Below, piece after piece: positions 1 to 12,630 of a stretch of DNA of 40,239 bases. The first letter of the stretch is position 1. Every line of letters begins with the position of its first letter. The position numbers and the translations under genes were made by a program. Location: contig NC_068988.1 of the NCBI RefSeq assembly GCF_001194135.2, positions 89,399,258 through 89,439,496 on the forward strand, in the 5' to 3' direction. The DNA is from Octopus bimaculoides. Lineage: Eukaryota. The notes beneath the pieces were generated by a model, which was given only the letters and a program-made list of their open reading frames with translations, was not told the DNA's origin and searched no databases.

Positions 1-59
<59 letters not shown>

Positions 60-84
60 GTTGTTGTTGTTATTATTATTGTTG

Positions 85-119
<35 letters not shown>

Positions 120-174
120 GTTATTGTTATTATTATTATTGTTATTATTATTGTTATTGTTATTATTATTATTG

Positions 175-212
<38 letters not shown>

Positions 213-295
213 GTTATTATTATTATTATTATTATTATTGTTATTATTATTGTTATTATTATTATTATTATTATGATTATTATTGGTATTGTTGC
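1..295. repeat. (TTA)n/(TTG)n microsatellite
   Basis: Directly visible trinucleotide run; explains the poly-Leu ORF 58..276. Confidence 0.98.
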
Positions 296-344
296 TATTC
301 TTACAACTACGACGCCGCCGACATTAGACCATCACCACTAACAC

Positions 345-373
345 AAACACCACCACAACTCTACTACTACTAT

Positions 374-423
<50 letters not shown>

Positions 424-545
424 TTACTATACCTATACCTACTGGTATATCTGCGGCTGTTACAGCTGATGATTATGATGATGACGATGATCATGATCAT
501 GATCATGATGCTACAGCTGCTACTACGACTGCTACTGTTACTGCT
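345..545. repeat. Compound (CTA)n/(ATG)n/(CTG)n microsatellite
   Basis: Directly visible. Confidence 0.9.
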
Positions 546-2211
546 ACTGCTTCTCTTCGCATTGTTTAGTGTCTTACGTCATAACGTATTATTCTCTCTC
601 GGTATATAGAGTTTATATGTTTGCGTACCTCCATCAATATTTTGAATGTTTTGATTCCCAAGAGAGTGAATAGAATAGAGAGGATTTTATTTTTCTTCAT
701 TGTCTGACATTTTATAATATATTTCGTAATAAAAGACTTCTGCAATACTTTCAACAATACAGTATTTATATATGTCCATATATATATATATATATATATA
801 NNNNNNNNNNNNNNNNNNNNNNNNNNNNNNNNNNNNNNNNNNNNNNNNNNNNNNNNNNNNNNNNNNNNNNNNNNNNNNNNNNNNNNNNNNNNNNNNNNNN
901 NNNNNNNNNNNNNNNNNNNNNNNNNNNNNNNNNNNNNNNNNNNNNNNNNNNNNNNNNNNNNNNNNNNNNNNNNNNNNNNNNNNNNNNNNNNNNNNNNNNN
1001 NNNNNNNNNNNNNNNNNNNNNNNNNNNNNNNNNNNNNNNNNNNNNNNNNNNNNNNNNNNNNNNNNNNNNNNNNNNNNNNNNNNNNNNNNNNNNNNNNNNN
1101 NNNNNNNNNNNNNNNNNNNNNNNNNNNNNNNNNNNNNATATATATATATATACTGAGAGAGATACACAGAGACGGAAAGTCAGACAGACAGAGACAGAGA
1201 CAGAGGGGCAGCTACAGGTGTATATCTGTGTTTCTTTGTATTTATGTATGAGCGTCTGCGAGAGGGTAATCTACGACTAGCTGCATGAGTGCGTGTATGT
1301 AAATTGATACTTGTACATGCGAATATCATTATCATTACACCGAGTGACTTAAATTGACTTTTAGATCTAACATTTTGATTACAAAGACACTATTCATGTG
1401 TATTTTTTCCCATTAATTGACTGCTTTATGCTCGGAAATGTATAGTTGAGAATTTGAATTATCGACCGCCCGTCCGTTGGTTCGATTCGACTACGTAATA
1501 TCATTATCATATTCTCAGACGAACCAATTCCTTCGGTGAATTGGATATAAAATCGTTGAGGAAATAAGCTTTACCTACACAAGCATTCATAGTTAAATAC
1601 TGAGTGTAGAAATTAATATTATTAATTAATATCAATTTAAATCAGTTGTCTAGCATACTTAAAAACATCCGAAGACTATGAATTATATTACATATATAAG
1701 AAGAATAAGGTGGATTCCTAATATGAAGAAGACGCTAGATCGCCTTACCACGATCAAGCAATTTCAGCAAACGCCAGAACGTAAGCGAGTGGGACAAATG
1801 AAAAGAAACAAAACTTGGCAATAAACTTCCTACCCCAGGTTTCGCTATTAACGGTCAATAATGCGATCGTCCATAGTTCATCAATGAAGGGGTTGCATGA
1901 ATACAAAATTCACAGACACACACACACATACACACAGACACACACACAAACATACACACTCACACACATATATATATATATCTTTGTCAATAGACAGCTA
2001 CGGGATTCAAAGCTATACCTCCCTGTTACTGGCCGAGTACTCTACCAGCTAAGCTAAACTGTTGACAACTATTTCCGTCATATAAGAGTAAAATACCCAA
2101 TCTTTCATCTGTTTTCATGGCTATGCTGCTTTCGAAATATTACTTTCTTTTCTGTATGATACGATACACTTTCGATGCATCCAAAAATGAATATTTATGC
2201 TGTATATATCC

Positions 2212-2212
<1 letters not shown>

Positions 2213-2242
<30 letters not shown>

Positions 2243-2352
2243 TGTATGTATGTGTGCATGTATGTATGTATGTATGTATGTACGTATGTACATATGTATG
2301 TATGTATGTATGTATGTATGCATGTATGTATGCATGCATGTGTGTGTGTGTG
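2213..2352. repeat. (ATGT)n/(GT)n microsatellite
   Basis: Directly visible; explains the MYVC/HTYI ORFs. Confidence 0.95.
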
Positions 2353-3361
2353 AGCACGTGAACTTCAAGTATATCTTTTCAATCTTGTATGTGAAAGCGT
2401 TTATGAGAATCAAGGCTGGTGCTGTAACACTATTTAACATCATGGTTATTGTATTCCAATCGAATTAAGATCAAATTTATTGTAAATTTATATTTAATAC
2501 ATTATTTAATCTGTCTACCCTTTTATTATAAGCGATGACGCCATTTAAAAATTGAAAGAAATTATATAACTGAAAGAGAATATATAAACCACTTAGAATA
2601 TATAAACCAGAGATAATATATAAACTAGTTAGATCCTTTCTGCTTCAATCTGTTTACAACGGATTTTAAACCAAATAGATGCGATGGGCATGCTTCGGTG
2701 TCGTAGTCTTGTTTACACTTATTTTATATAGCCGGACTGAAACAGTTTATTATAAATTTATCTAAGGCGTTGGGATTTTCATATAAAGTGACTTATGAGG
2801 ATAGCAAAACAAGCAGACAAATTTTCAAAGTTCAACAAATAAAAAAAATGTTAATTACTGGTATCTTATACGACGATAAATGAAAAGAAATTCTCTAGTA
2901 AAAAATCTTATAATTTTTTCTCATTAATATAAGGGCAATGCCAGAAGTTATTTCAGTAAATGTTTTGGTAGGTGATAGCTTGTTTCTTGTCGGCTACTTA
3001 AATATTGCTTGGGTTATCTAGTGGTTAAAATTATGTGTTCAATGAGTAGCATACGTTTAGTAAAATCTGATTGTACAAGAGGCAGTTCTCGATATTTTTA
3101 AAATCATATACGTCAGTGAAACATACAATACTCCATGCTCTGGGAAATAATGAGATAATCATCAATAGTTATACAAAAGTGTACGATGATGATTCTAAGT
3201 TTTATTGAGGGATCTTAATTACATCGAAACTTATCCAGAGTTACCTCGCGTAGTTGCTAAATCGACGTAAAAATATTTATCATAGTACTAATATTGTTTT
3301 TTCTTCACTGCGTTAATAGTTCTAATTGAATTTTTAATGAACAATAAACGCAGAACATTAA

Positions 3362-3516
3362 TTACATTTGACGGATACTTGTCATCATCTTCTTTCTTGC
3401 TAACACAACGTTTCGGCTAGCGTACGCTCCAGCCTTTATCAGGTGTGCTGGGGAAATTTCGAACCTGGGTTCTCATTCCTAAGGTATTTTTTCCGATATT
3501 ATTATTATTATTATTA

Positions 3517-3608
<92 letters not shown>

Positions 3609-3640
3609 ATCACTGCCTGGAATCGAACTGGGGTATCTTG
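3362..3640 (-). mobile_element. 5'-truncated Penelope-like terminal module (partial tRNA-like head + (AAT)n + decayed hammerhead)
   Basis: Homologous to 13705-13940 and 14310-14470; shares GGAATGAGAACCCAGGTTCGAAATTTCCCC, the hammerhead region and CCGTCAAATGTA on the minus strand. Confidence 0.85.
3402..3447 (-). ncRNA. Degenerate hammerhead ribozyme motif (core CUGAUAA, G8 mutated)
   Basis: Minus strand reads CACAC-CTGATAA-A-GGCTG-GAGCGTACGC-TAGCC-GAAA-CG-TT-GTGTT; same scaffold as 14366-14411 but the conserved G8 is A. Confidence 0.65.
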
Positions 3641-4104
3641 TCTCAATTAAGCGGTGTAGCACAGGAGTTAGTATGTCATATTCATAATAGTAAGATTGTG
3701 GTTTAGATACCCAGACCAAGCGATGCATTGTGTTCTCAAATACACCATTCCATTTTACAGGGCTCCAATCCACTTAGCTGTAAGCCCTGTCACTTAAACG
3801 TCATGCAAACTAATGTCTACCCTTCTGTGTCCTACAAATTATGACAGGCTTAATTTTTAAACAGCGTCTGGTTTAAACTGAAAATAAATTCCTTCGTATT
3901 GCATTAGCCTTTTGGTAATTCCAGCATAAAAATTCACGAAAGGTAATTTTCTTACTTAATATCACTTGCCGCAAACTGATTTAATTATAGAAGTAATTTA
4001 AACAGTAATTATGACAGCTATGAAAAAATTATGGAATTAATTATATTAAATGCTTTAAGAACAAATGTGTTATTCATTTCAGAGGCGTAATATTAAAGAA
4101 CATT

Positions 4105-4173
<69 letters not shown>

Positions 4174-4282
4174 NNNNNNNNNNNNNNNNNNNNNNNNNNN
4201 NNNNNNNNNNNNNNNNNNNNNNNNNNNNNNNNNNNNNNNNNNNNNNNNNNNNNNNNNNNNNNNNNNNNNNNNNNNNNNNNNN

Positions 4283-4320
<38 letters not shown>

Positions 4321-4334
4321 TGTGTATATACACG

Positions 4335-4366
<32 letters not shown>

Positions 4367-4383
4367 CGTGTGGAAGTAATGTT

Positions 4384-4830
4384 TATCGCCACATCAATAT
4401 GGCTGTTCAATGGGAATCAACATTACTACCGTTTTTAACACCAGGAGGAAACTCGCCCGTCTGACTATCTATGTAATCAGCACGCGATATATACTGGAAG
4501 CTGGGGAGCGTACCCCTACCATCTTCTAGTAGACGACAACATCACCAGACCGAACGATTTCAGGCTATTTGTGCCCGACATCAGTGGTAAACACCTGTCC
4601 TCTAGAGATATGAGTAATTCCCAATACCTACAAAACAAAGTGACATTCAGTCACTGATGTTGCAACAAGCGAAGTAACTAGTTAGAGAATGTCTATGAGA
4701 GATGAAAGTAGAGACTATACCGAGAAGGTATGTTTATTACCACGTCAATATGGCTGTCGTATAGGAATGGACGTTACTACCGTTTTCCACCCCAGTAGGA
4801 GCTGCCTCCTGTAGGTTAACCATGAAATCT
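4384..4830 (+). repeat. Two diverged direct copies of a ~90-bp sequence (about 4384-4475 and 4737-4830)
   Basis: CCACATCAATATGGCTG...TTACTACCGTTTT versus CCACGTCAATATGGCTG...TTACTACCGTTTT. Confidence 0.6.
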
Positions 4831-4832
4831 GC

Positions 4833-4863
<31 letters not shown>

Positions 4864-5061
4864 TANNNNNNNNNNNNNNNNNNNNNNNNNNNNNNNNNNN
4901 NNNNNNNNNNNNNNNNNNNNNNNNNNNNNNNNNNNNNNNNNNNNNNNNNNNNNNNNNNNNNNNNNNNNNNNNNNNNNNNNNNNNNNNNNNNNNNNNNNNN
5001 NNNNNNNNNNNNNNNNNNNNNNNNNNNNNNNNNNNNNNNNATATATATATATATATATATA

Positions 5062-7321
5062 TAGTGATACCTCGCAATAAGCGTTTACTTCGCTCCATGA
5101 CCGAGATCGTTTTACGATTTACTCATTTTACAAATCATTTTTTCCCACTGAAATTAACTAAAATATAATTAATCCGTTCCGGTCCCCACAAACCACCCAA
5201 AAATAATTTTATATGCGTTTTAACACAGAAAAGGTGTAGGTAAAAGTAAAATAGCAATTATGAAAAAGAGAATACAAAAGAAATACGTAAACTGGTTTTA
5301 TTAATTTAAGTACCTGAAAGATGGGATGATTTGTGTTGTGCGAGGAAGACGATAGAGTGGGGAGGAGGAGGATCACAGCTTGGAAGGAGAATATCCTTCC
5401 ACTGAGATTCCAAGAAGAACAATTTTTGGCGTTTTCCGTCTAACTTTGCTTAATTTGGGCTTTTTGCACACACTTTCTTCACTTTCTGCACCTGCAGGTT
5501 GTTTCATTTGTAAGATATTAAGAGAAGTCCTTTCAAAATGTTATAAAAATGCGCCAGAGCAGTGTCATTAAATTTAGCAGCTGCATGACCTGTAGCTACT
5601 TTTTCAGGATGGTATTTATCTACAAATTCAGAAAATCTTTGACAACTACCACTTTGACAACACTGCCTTTATGTTAACCGTTGAGATATCATAGACGTCT
5701 ACACTGTCCTCCTCCGGGGAACGAATCTCTTTCACCCCATGCAAATGCCCCCCATCATCAACCTCGAGTCCATGGACTTGCCAAGAGAGACTATCTCCTT
5801 GAATACAAGTATGTCAGACTCAATCCCTCGAAGTCTCCTTCGGATACGCAGTCAGGTTACGGTTTTCTCCATGCAGAATTCAGGCAAGGCTAAATCGATG
5901 ATTTTTAAGCAGTTTACAATGTTGTAGTGCTCCTTTCAAAACTCATGATTGGTTAGTTTTGTAGTTTCAGCGACTTGAAATCACCGACGAAACAGTTGTT
6001 TGATGTACAACTTCTTAAAATGAAAAATCACCTCTTGGTCCATGGGCTGTTAGATAGGGGCTGCATTGCGTGAAAGATTAAATTCGTCCAGAATATTATC
6101 GTCGAGGTTTGGCGGGAAAGCAGGAGAATTGTCGAGGAGAGGAGGGCTTTGAGAGGAATATCGTTCTCCAGAAGGTACTTTTTCAGTTCTGGCCCGAAGA
6201 GAAGATTGACTTACTCAGAGAAGATTGACCCACGCAGAGAAGAATTGCCTGGTGACGTCAGGCTTTAACGTTTGCCATCCTCATGACTTGTAGCCTCTAC
6301 TTCAGGATTTTGTGTTACTTCAACGTTCGTGCATTTTCGAAATGGTAAAGAAGGATCGGCTTAATCTTCAAGTGTCCACTCCCATTGGCACAAAGGGCAA
6401 GAGTCAGTCTATGTTTCATAGGCTTAAGACCTGGGATTTTCTTCTCGTCTGCAGTTACGTAGATTCTGGGCAGTTTTTTTTTCCCCCCAAAAATGGCAAG
6501 TTTCCTCACAGCTGAATACCTGTTGTGCGATGCACCCCTCTGTCGCCAAGAGCTGACGGAATTCACGCACGAAATCTTTAGCTACGCTCGTGTAAGAACT
6601 CGCTGCTTCTCCATCCCTGACGAATCTATGAACACTAGTCCTCTTCTTGAAATTATCAAGCCAGCCGGCTTTGGCCTTAATTGCGTCTGTTGATGTCTCC
6701 TCCGTCGATGTTCCAGGATTCTGCTTCAGGAGATCCCCAAACAGCGGTCGTTTATTCTCGCTGATAATGGTTTCCGTAACCGTATCCCCTGTGAGTTGCT
6801 TCAGAAGAAACAATTGTTCTATCCTTTCGTGGACAGATGTGCATTGCTTAGAGAGCCTGGAGACAGCCTTTGTTGTTGTAACGACCTTCATCTCGTCCTT
6901 TTTCTTCAGGATACTGCAGATCGTCGACGTGCTTCGGTCGTATTGACGTGCTATATCCACCACATGCACTCCTGTTGCATGTTTGTCTATGATTTCGTTC
7001 TTCACTTCTATCGTAATCGGCCCTTTTCCTTTCAGCAGTAACCTTCTTAGGGCCCATAACTAACACAATTAATTATTATAAAATAATAGCAATAAATGAA
7101 CAAGACTAAACAAAAGCACTGAGAAAAACGCAACGAGATAAACACGAGAATTGACCGAGCGGAGACTGCGCTTGTTGGGAGAGCCTCTTCAAGCTCAGCG
7201 CCGACTAGCGGTCGCTTGTATGAAACTTGGTCGTACTTTGGAATTTCGCTCGTACTTCAAGAATTTACTCGTACAAGAAAGTACTCGTGCAATGGGGCAC
7301 TCGTACTGCGAGGTTCGACTG
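5062..7321 (-). mobile_element. Tigger/pogo-family DNA transposon, near full length, decayed
   Basis: Imperfect TIRs TAGTGATACCTCGCAATA (5062, +) and CAGTCGAACCTCGCAGTA (7321, -); left end abuts (TA)n; internal broken transposase. Confidence 0.85.
5400..7057 (-). pseudogene. Tigger/TIGD1-like DDE transposase pseudogene (frameshifts, stops)
   Basis: MGPKK start at 7057; HTH region KNEIIDKH..VVDIARQYDRSTSTICSILK; CENP-B-type GWLDNFKKR; HRLTLALCANGSGHLKIKPILLYH; LDNSPA (~6120-6136); QPMDQEVIFHFKKLY (~6005-6049). The 3' limit is approximate. Confidence 0.9.
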
Positions 7322-7645
7322 TCTATGTCTTTAAATTTACTTATAGGCAACGTTTTGAATATGCAAAATAAAGCCTCTATTCCACTATTCCGATCGCTGT
7401 CTAATGATGCTGACTGATGAGTCAATTTTTTGGTGATTGCATCAAGCTGTACCGATACAATGTAGGATAAATATAGGAATAATAGCAATAATTTTGGATT
7501 GAATTTATAAAATAACCATTTAATGTGACAGAAATAGTTCCGCTGCATGTGAGCACTCTAGGGCACAGACACACACACACACACACACACACACGTACAC
7601 ATAAATGTCATACTAGTTTGTTTGGGTATGTGTATGTGTATACAA

Positions 7646-7687
<42 letters not shown>

Positions 7688-8399
7688 TTGCCCGTATGTA
7701 TTTATGTATGAATGGATTTCTATCTGTCATCAATAATGACACGTTTTACCAGTGATCCCCTCACAGACAAGAAACCGTACGAAAACTGTAGCCCAATTAT
7801 TCGGAGATTCAGAATGTTTTTAATTTACATAATATTTAATCTCGGGAACGCTAAATAGTTTACAAGAAAATCCAATTTTACCTCTCCTTTCACGTAGACT
7901 TACACACGCATGCATACACACACACAAACACACACACACACACACACACATGTATGCACATACACAAACACACGTACATATACACAGAACACAAGTATTA
8001 AACAAACTAGTTTAAAATGGAGAAGCCCAAATTTCATACTACCGCAAAATTTACAATAATATATTACATCTACATTACTTGTAAAAAAAAAAATTGTTTT
8101 TTTAAAATCTCATAAAAATATATTATTGCTCACTATTCCTAAATTTAGTAAACATTCAAAGTATTTGTAAAAGTCCTTACCAAAAGAAGGCGACAGATTC
8201 ACTTAATTGTCTTCGAAACTGAAACGAATGAAATCGATGTAAAGCAAGACTATGATTCGTGAAATACAAACATATATACCTCGTTGTGAAAAACAATCCT
8301 GAAAATGTTCTGTATAAAAAGTTAATAAATGAAAGCCTAAATTCTACTGCTGCTGCAGCTCCTCTTTCCTTGTTCTTCACCTTTTCCCCCCCTCCTCTT

Positions 8400-8457
8400 C
8401 TTCCTACTACTGCTCCTCCTCTTACTACTACTACTACTATTACTACTACTACTACGC
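8400..8457. repeat. (CTA)n microsatellite abutting the 5' truncation of the LINE
   Basis: Directly visible. Confidence 0.9.
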
Positions 8458-8459
8458 AC

Positions 8460-9400
8460 GACAGGTCGGGAAACCAACTCGCAGCGGAGTCCCTCAAAAG
8501 AGTGTTGTGAGATCACTACACTTCGTGGTGAGTCTCTCAGCAATACACCCAACTGTACTGTCTGTGACCAGCTATGTCGATGCTACAAAAGTAGCACAGA
8601 TGGTCAAGGTCTCTCATGACATGTTATAACTGCTTGCAGTATACAACTGGGCTGATGAAACTAACTTGCAGTTCAATACTAAGAAATTTCAAGCACTCCA
8701 CTGTTGGCCCACCAACAGACACCAATCGGAATACAAAGGAAGACGGGTAGTGCAATCCTTGAGTCAGAGTCAGTGCGTAACCTGGGAATCCACATGAGTA
8801 ATGATGCAACATTCCATGTGCATATTACCAAGATGGCAACGCTGTGCAGGCAATTACCTGGGTAGATTCTGAGATCATTCAGAATCAGATAAACAAGATA
8901 CTATAATATTCCTATGGAAAACTTTCTTTCGAAGTCGTCTGAATTACTGCTCCTAACTATGGTCACAGCAGATGGTCGAACTGGTGGCGAGACGTGGGGT
9001 AATCCAGAGCCACTACATAAAGATTGGATCGGTGAAAGAGATGAGCTGCTGAGAGAAGCTAAGTGAACTGGAGCCCTCTTGTTTTGAGAAAAGGCTTGAA
9101 AGATATTTAGTGATATGCACATGGAAGATCTCTGAAGGTCTAGCACCCAACTAGAATAAAACACAATACTGTAAGAGCGTGGCCTTCAAACTTGGTGATT
9201 TTCGATTTGTAGATGTGTAGGTCTTCAATGTTTTATCTGCAAGACCAGATGAGCCCAGATCGCTTCAGGAGGCACAAAGAAATGCACCTCCGTCCAACTA
9301 AGCTCTTCACAAAAAAACAATGCGGTAAAGAAACCCAAACATACTGAATGACTGTCACACAGCACGGCCCCAACGTCTAGCTGAAACCAGTAAAATATTA
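8460..9400 (+). mobile_element. 5'-truncated CR1-group LINE, decayed RT C-terminal half and 3' end
   Basis: From 8483: SGVPQKSVVRSLHFVV..SYVDATK (GVPQGS and YADD homologues); VYNWADETNLQFNTKKFQAL; VRNLGIHMSNDATF; LWKTFFRSRLNYCS; PDEP near 9245-9256; ends GCTGAAACCAGTAAAA. Confidence 0.85.
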
Positions 9401-10080
9401 TATATATAATGTACACTTCCATAACGAAATTCCATCTCCAAATAGTTGCATACTTCTGGAGAAAAAGAACAAGAATCAAGGATTTTGAATTCAGAACCGT
9501 CCTGCGTGTTAATAATGTTTTCTAGTTCTATGGTTAGTACTATTGAACAAAAAATAAAGAAGTGAAGCCATGTGTTCGATGAAGTTATGTGATACGACGG
9601 TAAAGGAATCGTTTATCTTCATGAGTTATTTATCCTGGAGAACATAGGATGATTGATAGCTCCACACTTCAGTTGTGTACAAGGACAATGACATGGGAAT
9701 ATACAGCAATATCAATTGCTCCTCCATAAACAACATATGATATTGTAATTATATCCCAAAGATTCAGACAAATCGTTATAAATGATTTAACCAGATGTGT
9801 ACATGAACATTCGAATGATAAATACTATCATTACATGAGCATGTAAATGGTATATAACTTCTATCAGTGAAGTTAATCAACAGAACTCATCTCGTAATAA
9901 GGAAGCAATAAAGAAAAGAGGATCTATAGTTAGCGTCTATGGAGGACAGCAGTGCCCATCAACCAAAGTGTAACTATTGTTATATGAAAAAGTACATATT
10001 ACAATGAATAAATACAGGGAACATATTCAAGACAATAGCTGAGACATAGATTTTGGACGACTTTTTATATTCTTTTCCTC

Positions 10081-10460
10081 TTTTATTCTTTTACTTCTTT
10101 GAGTCATTTGAATTCGGCGATGCTGGAACACTGCCCTGGAGGATTTTAGTCGAAGAGATCGACCCCACGACGTAATTTTTAAGCCTGTACTTATTCTATC
10201 GGTCTCTTTTATGGATCCGTTATTTAGGGAGACATAAACACATCAATACCGGTTGTCAGGCGGTGATGGAGGGACAACTGGAGACACACATACACACACA
10301 CATATACGACGGGCTTCTTACAGATTTTCTCTACTAAATCCACTCACAAATCTTTGGTGGGCCCGAGGCTCTAGTAGAAGATACTTGTCCAAGACACGAC
10401 GCAGTGGGACTGAACCAGGCACCATGTGGTTGGGAAGCAAGCTTCTTAACACACAGCCGC
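10081..10460 (-). mobile_element. tRNA-derived SINE with internal (TG)n
   Basis: Minus strand head GGCTGTGTGTTAAGAAGCTTGCTTCCCAACCACATGGTGCCTGGTTCAGTCCCACTG (A/B-box-like), internal microsatellite, A-rich tail AAGTAAAAGAATAAAA. Confidence 0.75.
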
Positions 10461-10529
10461 ATATTTAAACAACTGTAACATTCTTTAGATAATCATAATA
10501 GATATCGAAAATCCGGAATATTTTGAAGG

Positions 10530-10870
10530 CATTCCGTAGTCCAAGATTTCCTGGTTAAATAGAAAACATCACATGTCCAACAGGCTGTCTACTCTCCTGA
10601 AATGGCACCGTGTGATTCCTGGCTTTTGCCCAGATAGAAACCCTCGAAGTAGTGGAAGCATTCTGATTCGTAGGAGGATATTTTGAGAAAGACCACAGCG
10701 TTGCTCCACGGAAGGCTCTATAGAGGTTTACCAGCAGTGGACGAACCGCTAGGAGAAATGTATGAACTCCCAATGGCAGCATTTTGAAGGTGATTAAAAG
10801 AAATTCTTGAAATGTATAACATTGATTATTTTTTATGCCTATAGTTTGGATACGTATTGAACGCAACTCG
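10530..10870 (+). mobile_element. Mariner DNA transposon 3' fragment
   Basis: YSPEMAPCD at 10590-10616 (mariner YSPDLAPxD motif); C-terminal QQWTNR*EKCMNSQWQHFEGD*; terminal ...GAACGCAACTCG followed by TA at 10871-10872. Confidence 0.85.
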
Positions 10871-11427
10871 TACACACACACACACACACAAAGATAGTCA
10901 GATAGATAGATGTAGATATATTGAAGAATTGTCTAATATTTATACGCATATATATGTGCGCGTGTGTGTGAGGACATGTGTGTATGTATAGTTATGTTAT
11001 ATATATGTATGTATATATATACATCATATATATATATATATATATATATGATGTATATATATACACATTAATGTGTTTAAGTGAAAATTTGTGGTTTGGT
11101 CATTTTGACTCTATATTTATCATCCCGGTACTACTTCTAACTCTTAATTATTAATTGATAATTTTTTACCGTTATGAGTTTTTTACGCATGGTAAACCAC
11201 TGATATTATTATAAACAATAATATCGTCGTGTATATATATATAGGGTTCTGGGGAATAATATGTATGATGTATATCGTATAAACTTGGTGATATGTTCTG
11301 TAGCAAATTTTAATATCCTGGCTCTGGAAGATATTATATATTATATTGGGAATTTATCACTAAAGAACCTGTCTGCGTAATTCTGGAGATTAATAGATAT
11401 TTAAGATAACATATCTCCGATTTTTAT

Positions 11428-11510
11428 CTCTCTCTGTTTCTTTTTCTCTCTCTGTTTCTTTTTCTCTCTCTGTTTCTTTCTCTCTCTCCCTCTCTGTTTC
11501 CCTGTCTTTC
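11428..11510. repeat. Pyrimidine-rich ~19-bp tandem (TCTCTCTCTGTTTCTTTT)
   Basis: Three to four visible copies. Confidence 0.8.
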
Positions 11511-12179
11511 TACATCTCCTATACAGCTGTTTATTTCATTTAGTATATCTTCCATCCTCTATGGTCCTCAGTTTGCCTTTCCATTCTCTTTCTTTCCCCA
11601 ATTGTTTCATCTCTCGGTTCCCTTTCTGTGTAAGTTGTTATGTTACTGAATTGTTTAGTTTCCCTCCCATTTTAGCATTCTTTCTTGCTTTTCCCTTTAA
11701 TATGTCCTTAATCTTCTATCGCCTTTCTTTCCCCTCTGTCATTACATCTAAACAACTTTATTTGTTTCTATTATATTTTTACTCTTTCTTTACTTTAAAT
11801 TTCTTTCTCTCCTACACACCTCGCTATATTCACTCTTCCCCATCTCCTTCACTCATGATATCTCGCTGTATTTCTGCAGTCTCCTTAATACATCTTCATC
11901 TTTCTATCTCCCCACTATCTATATCTCTATAGATATATGCATTAATCTATATTTGCTACTTTTAAATAACCTTTCTTTTCCCTGTAACTCACTATATCCA
12001 CCTGATATTCTAACATCCTTACTCTCTTTCTCTTCCTCCCCTTCTCTGTTGAATACTCATCCTACTACTCTTTCTGCAATCACCATTGCACAAGGAGACA
12101 GTTTTATGACTTTTTATTCCCAGCCATTAATAACGATGAAATAACAGCAAATATTCGCCAAATGGTTGATTGAAAGGGT

Positions 12180-12460
12180 TCCAGTGAGAGGTGTTGTCCT
12201 GTAAATTAGCAAGGATTTTATTAAATAAGAATTTGGGTGTAGATTTATACCAGTTTCGCCATTCCTTCCTGGAATAGCGTGAACACGTTGAATATCCGAC
12301 AAACGACCATTAATTTCTTAATTAAACCATTGCAGGTTTCATCTTTTACTATCAGCCACATCAAGCAGATAAATGTATCACATAAATTCTTAGTTATGGT
12401 CATTAAATAGGACTGGATTTTACTAGGAATGATCCCAGTTCTATCACATTCTATCATATA
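12180..12460 (-). mobile_element. Possible decayed LTR-retrotransposon integrase fragment
   Basis: Two frames give TGIIPSKIQSY...CNGLIKKL (resembles GIPxxIxSDNG...SNGLxE) and LLIYRTTPLTGTLS (resembles LLxYRNTP). Similarity is weak. Confidence 0.35.
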
Positions 12461-12568
12461 CCTTGTAAAGACATCTGAGCGCACACATAAAGTGATACTT
12501 TCAAAATGCATACACACATATAGTCAAATACACAAACACGTATATATATATATACATATATGTTTGTG

Positions 12569-12630
<62 letters not shown>

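Noticed and set aside
7408-7430. CTGATGAG within TGACTGATGAGTCA as a hammerhead or C/D-box motif
   Set aside because: No stem II plus GAAA downstream and no snoRNA terminal stem; likely chance (contains an AP-1-like TGAGTCA).
11510-12100. Purine-rich minus strand resembling a LINE endonuclease region (FNREGEEEKESKD)
   Set aside because: No intact catalytic motif; composition alone can give this resemblance.
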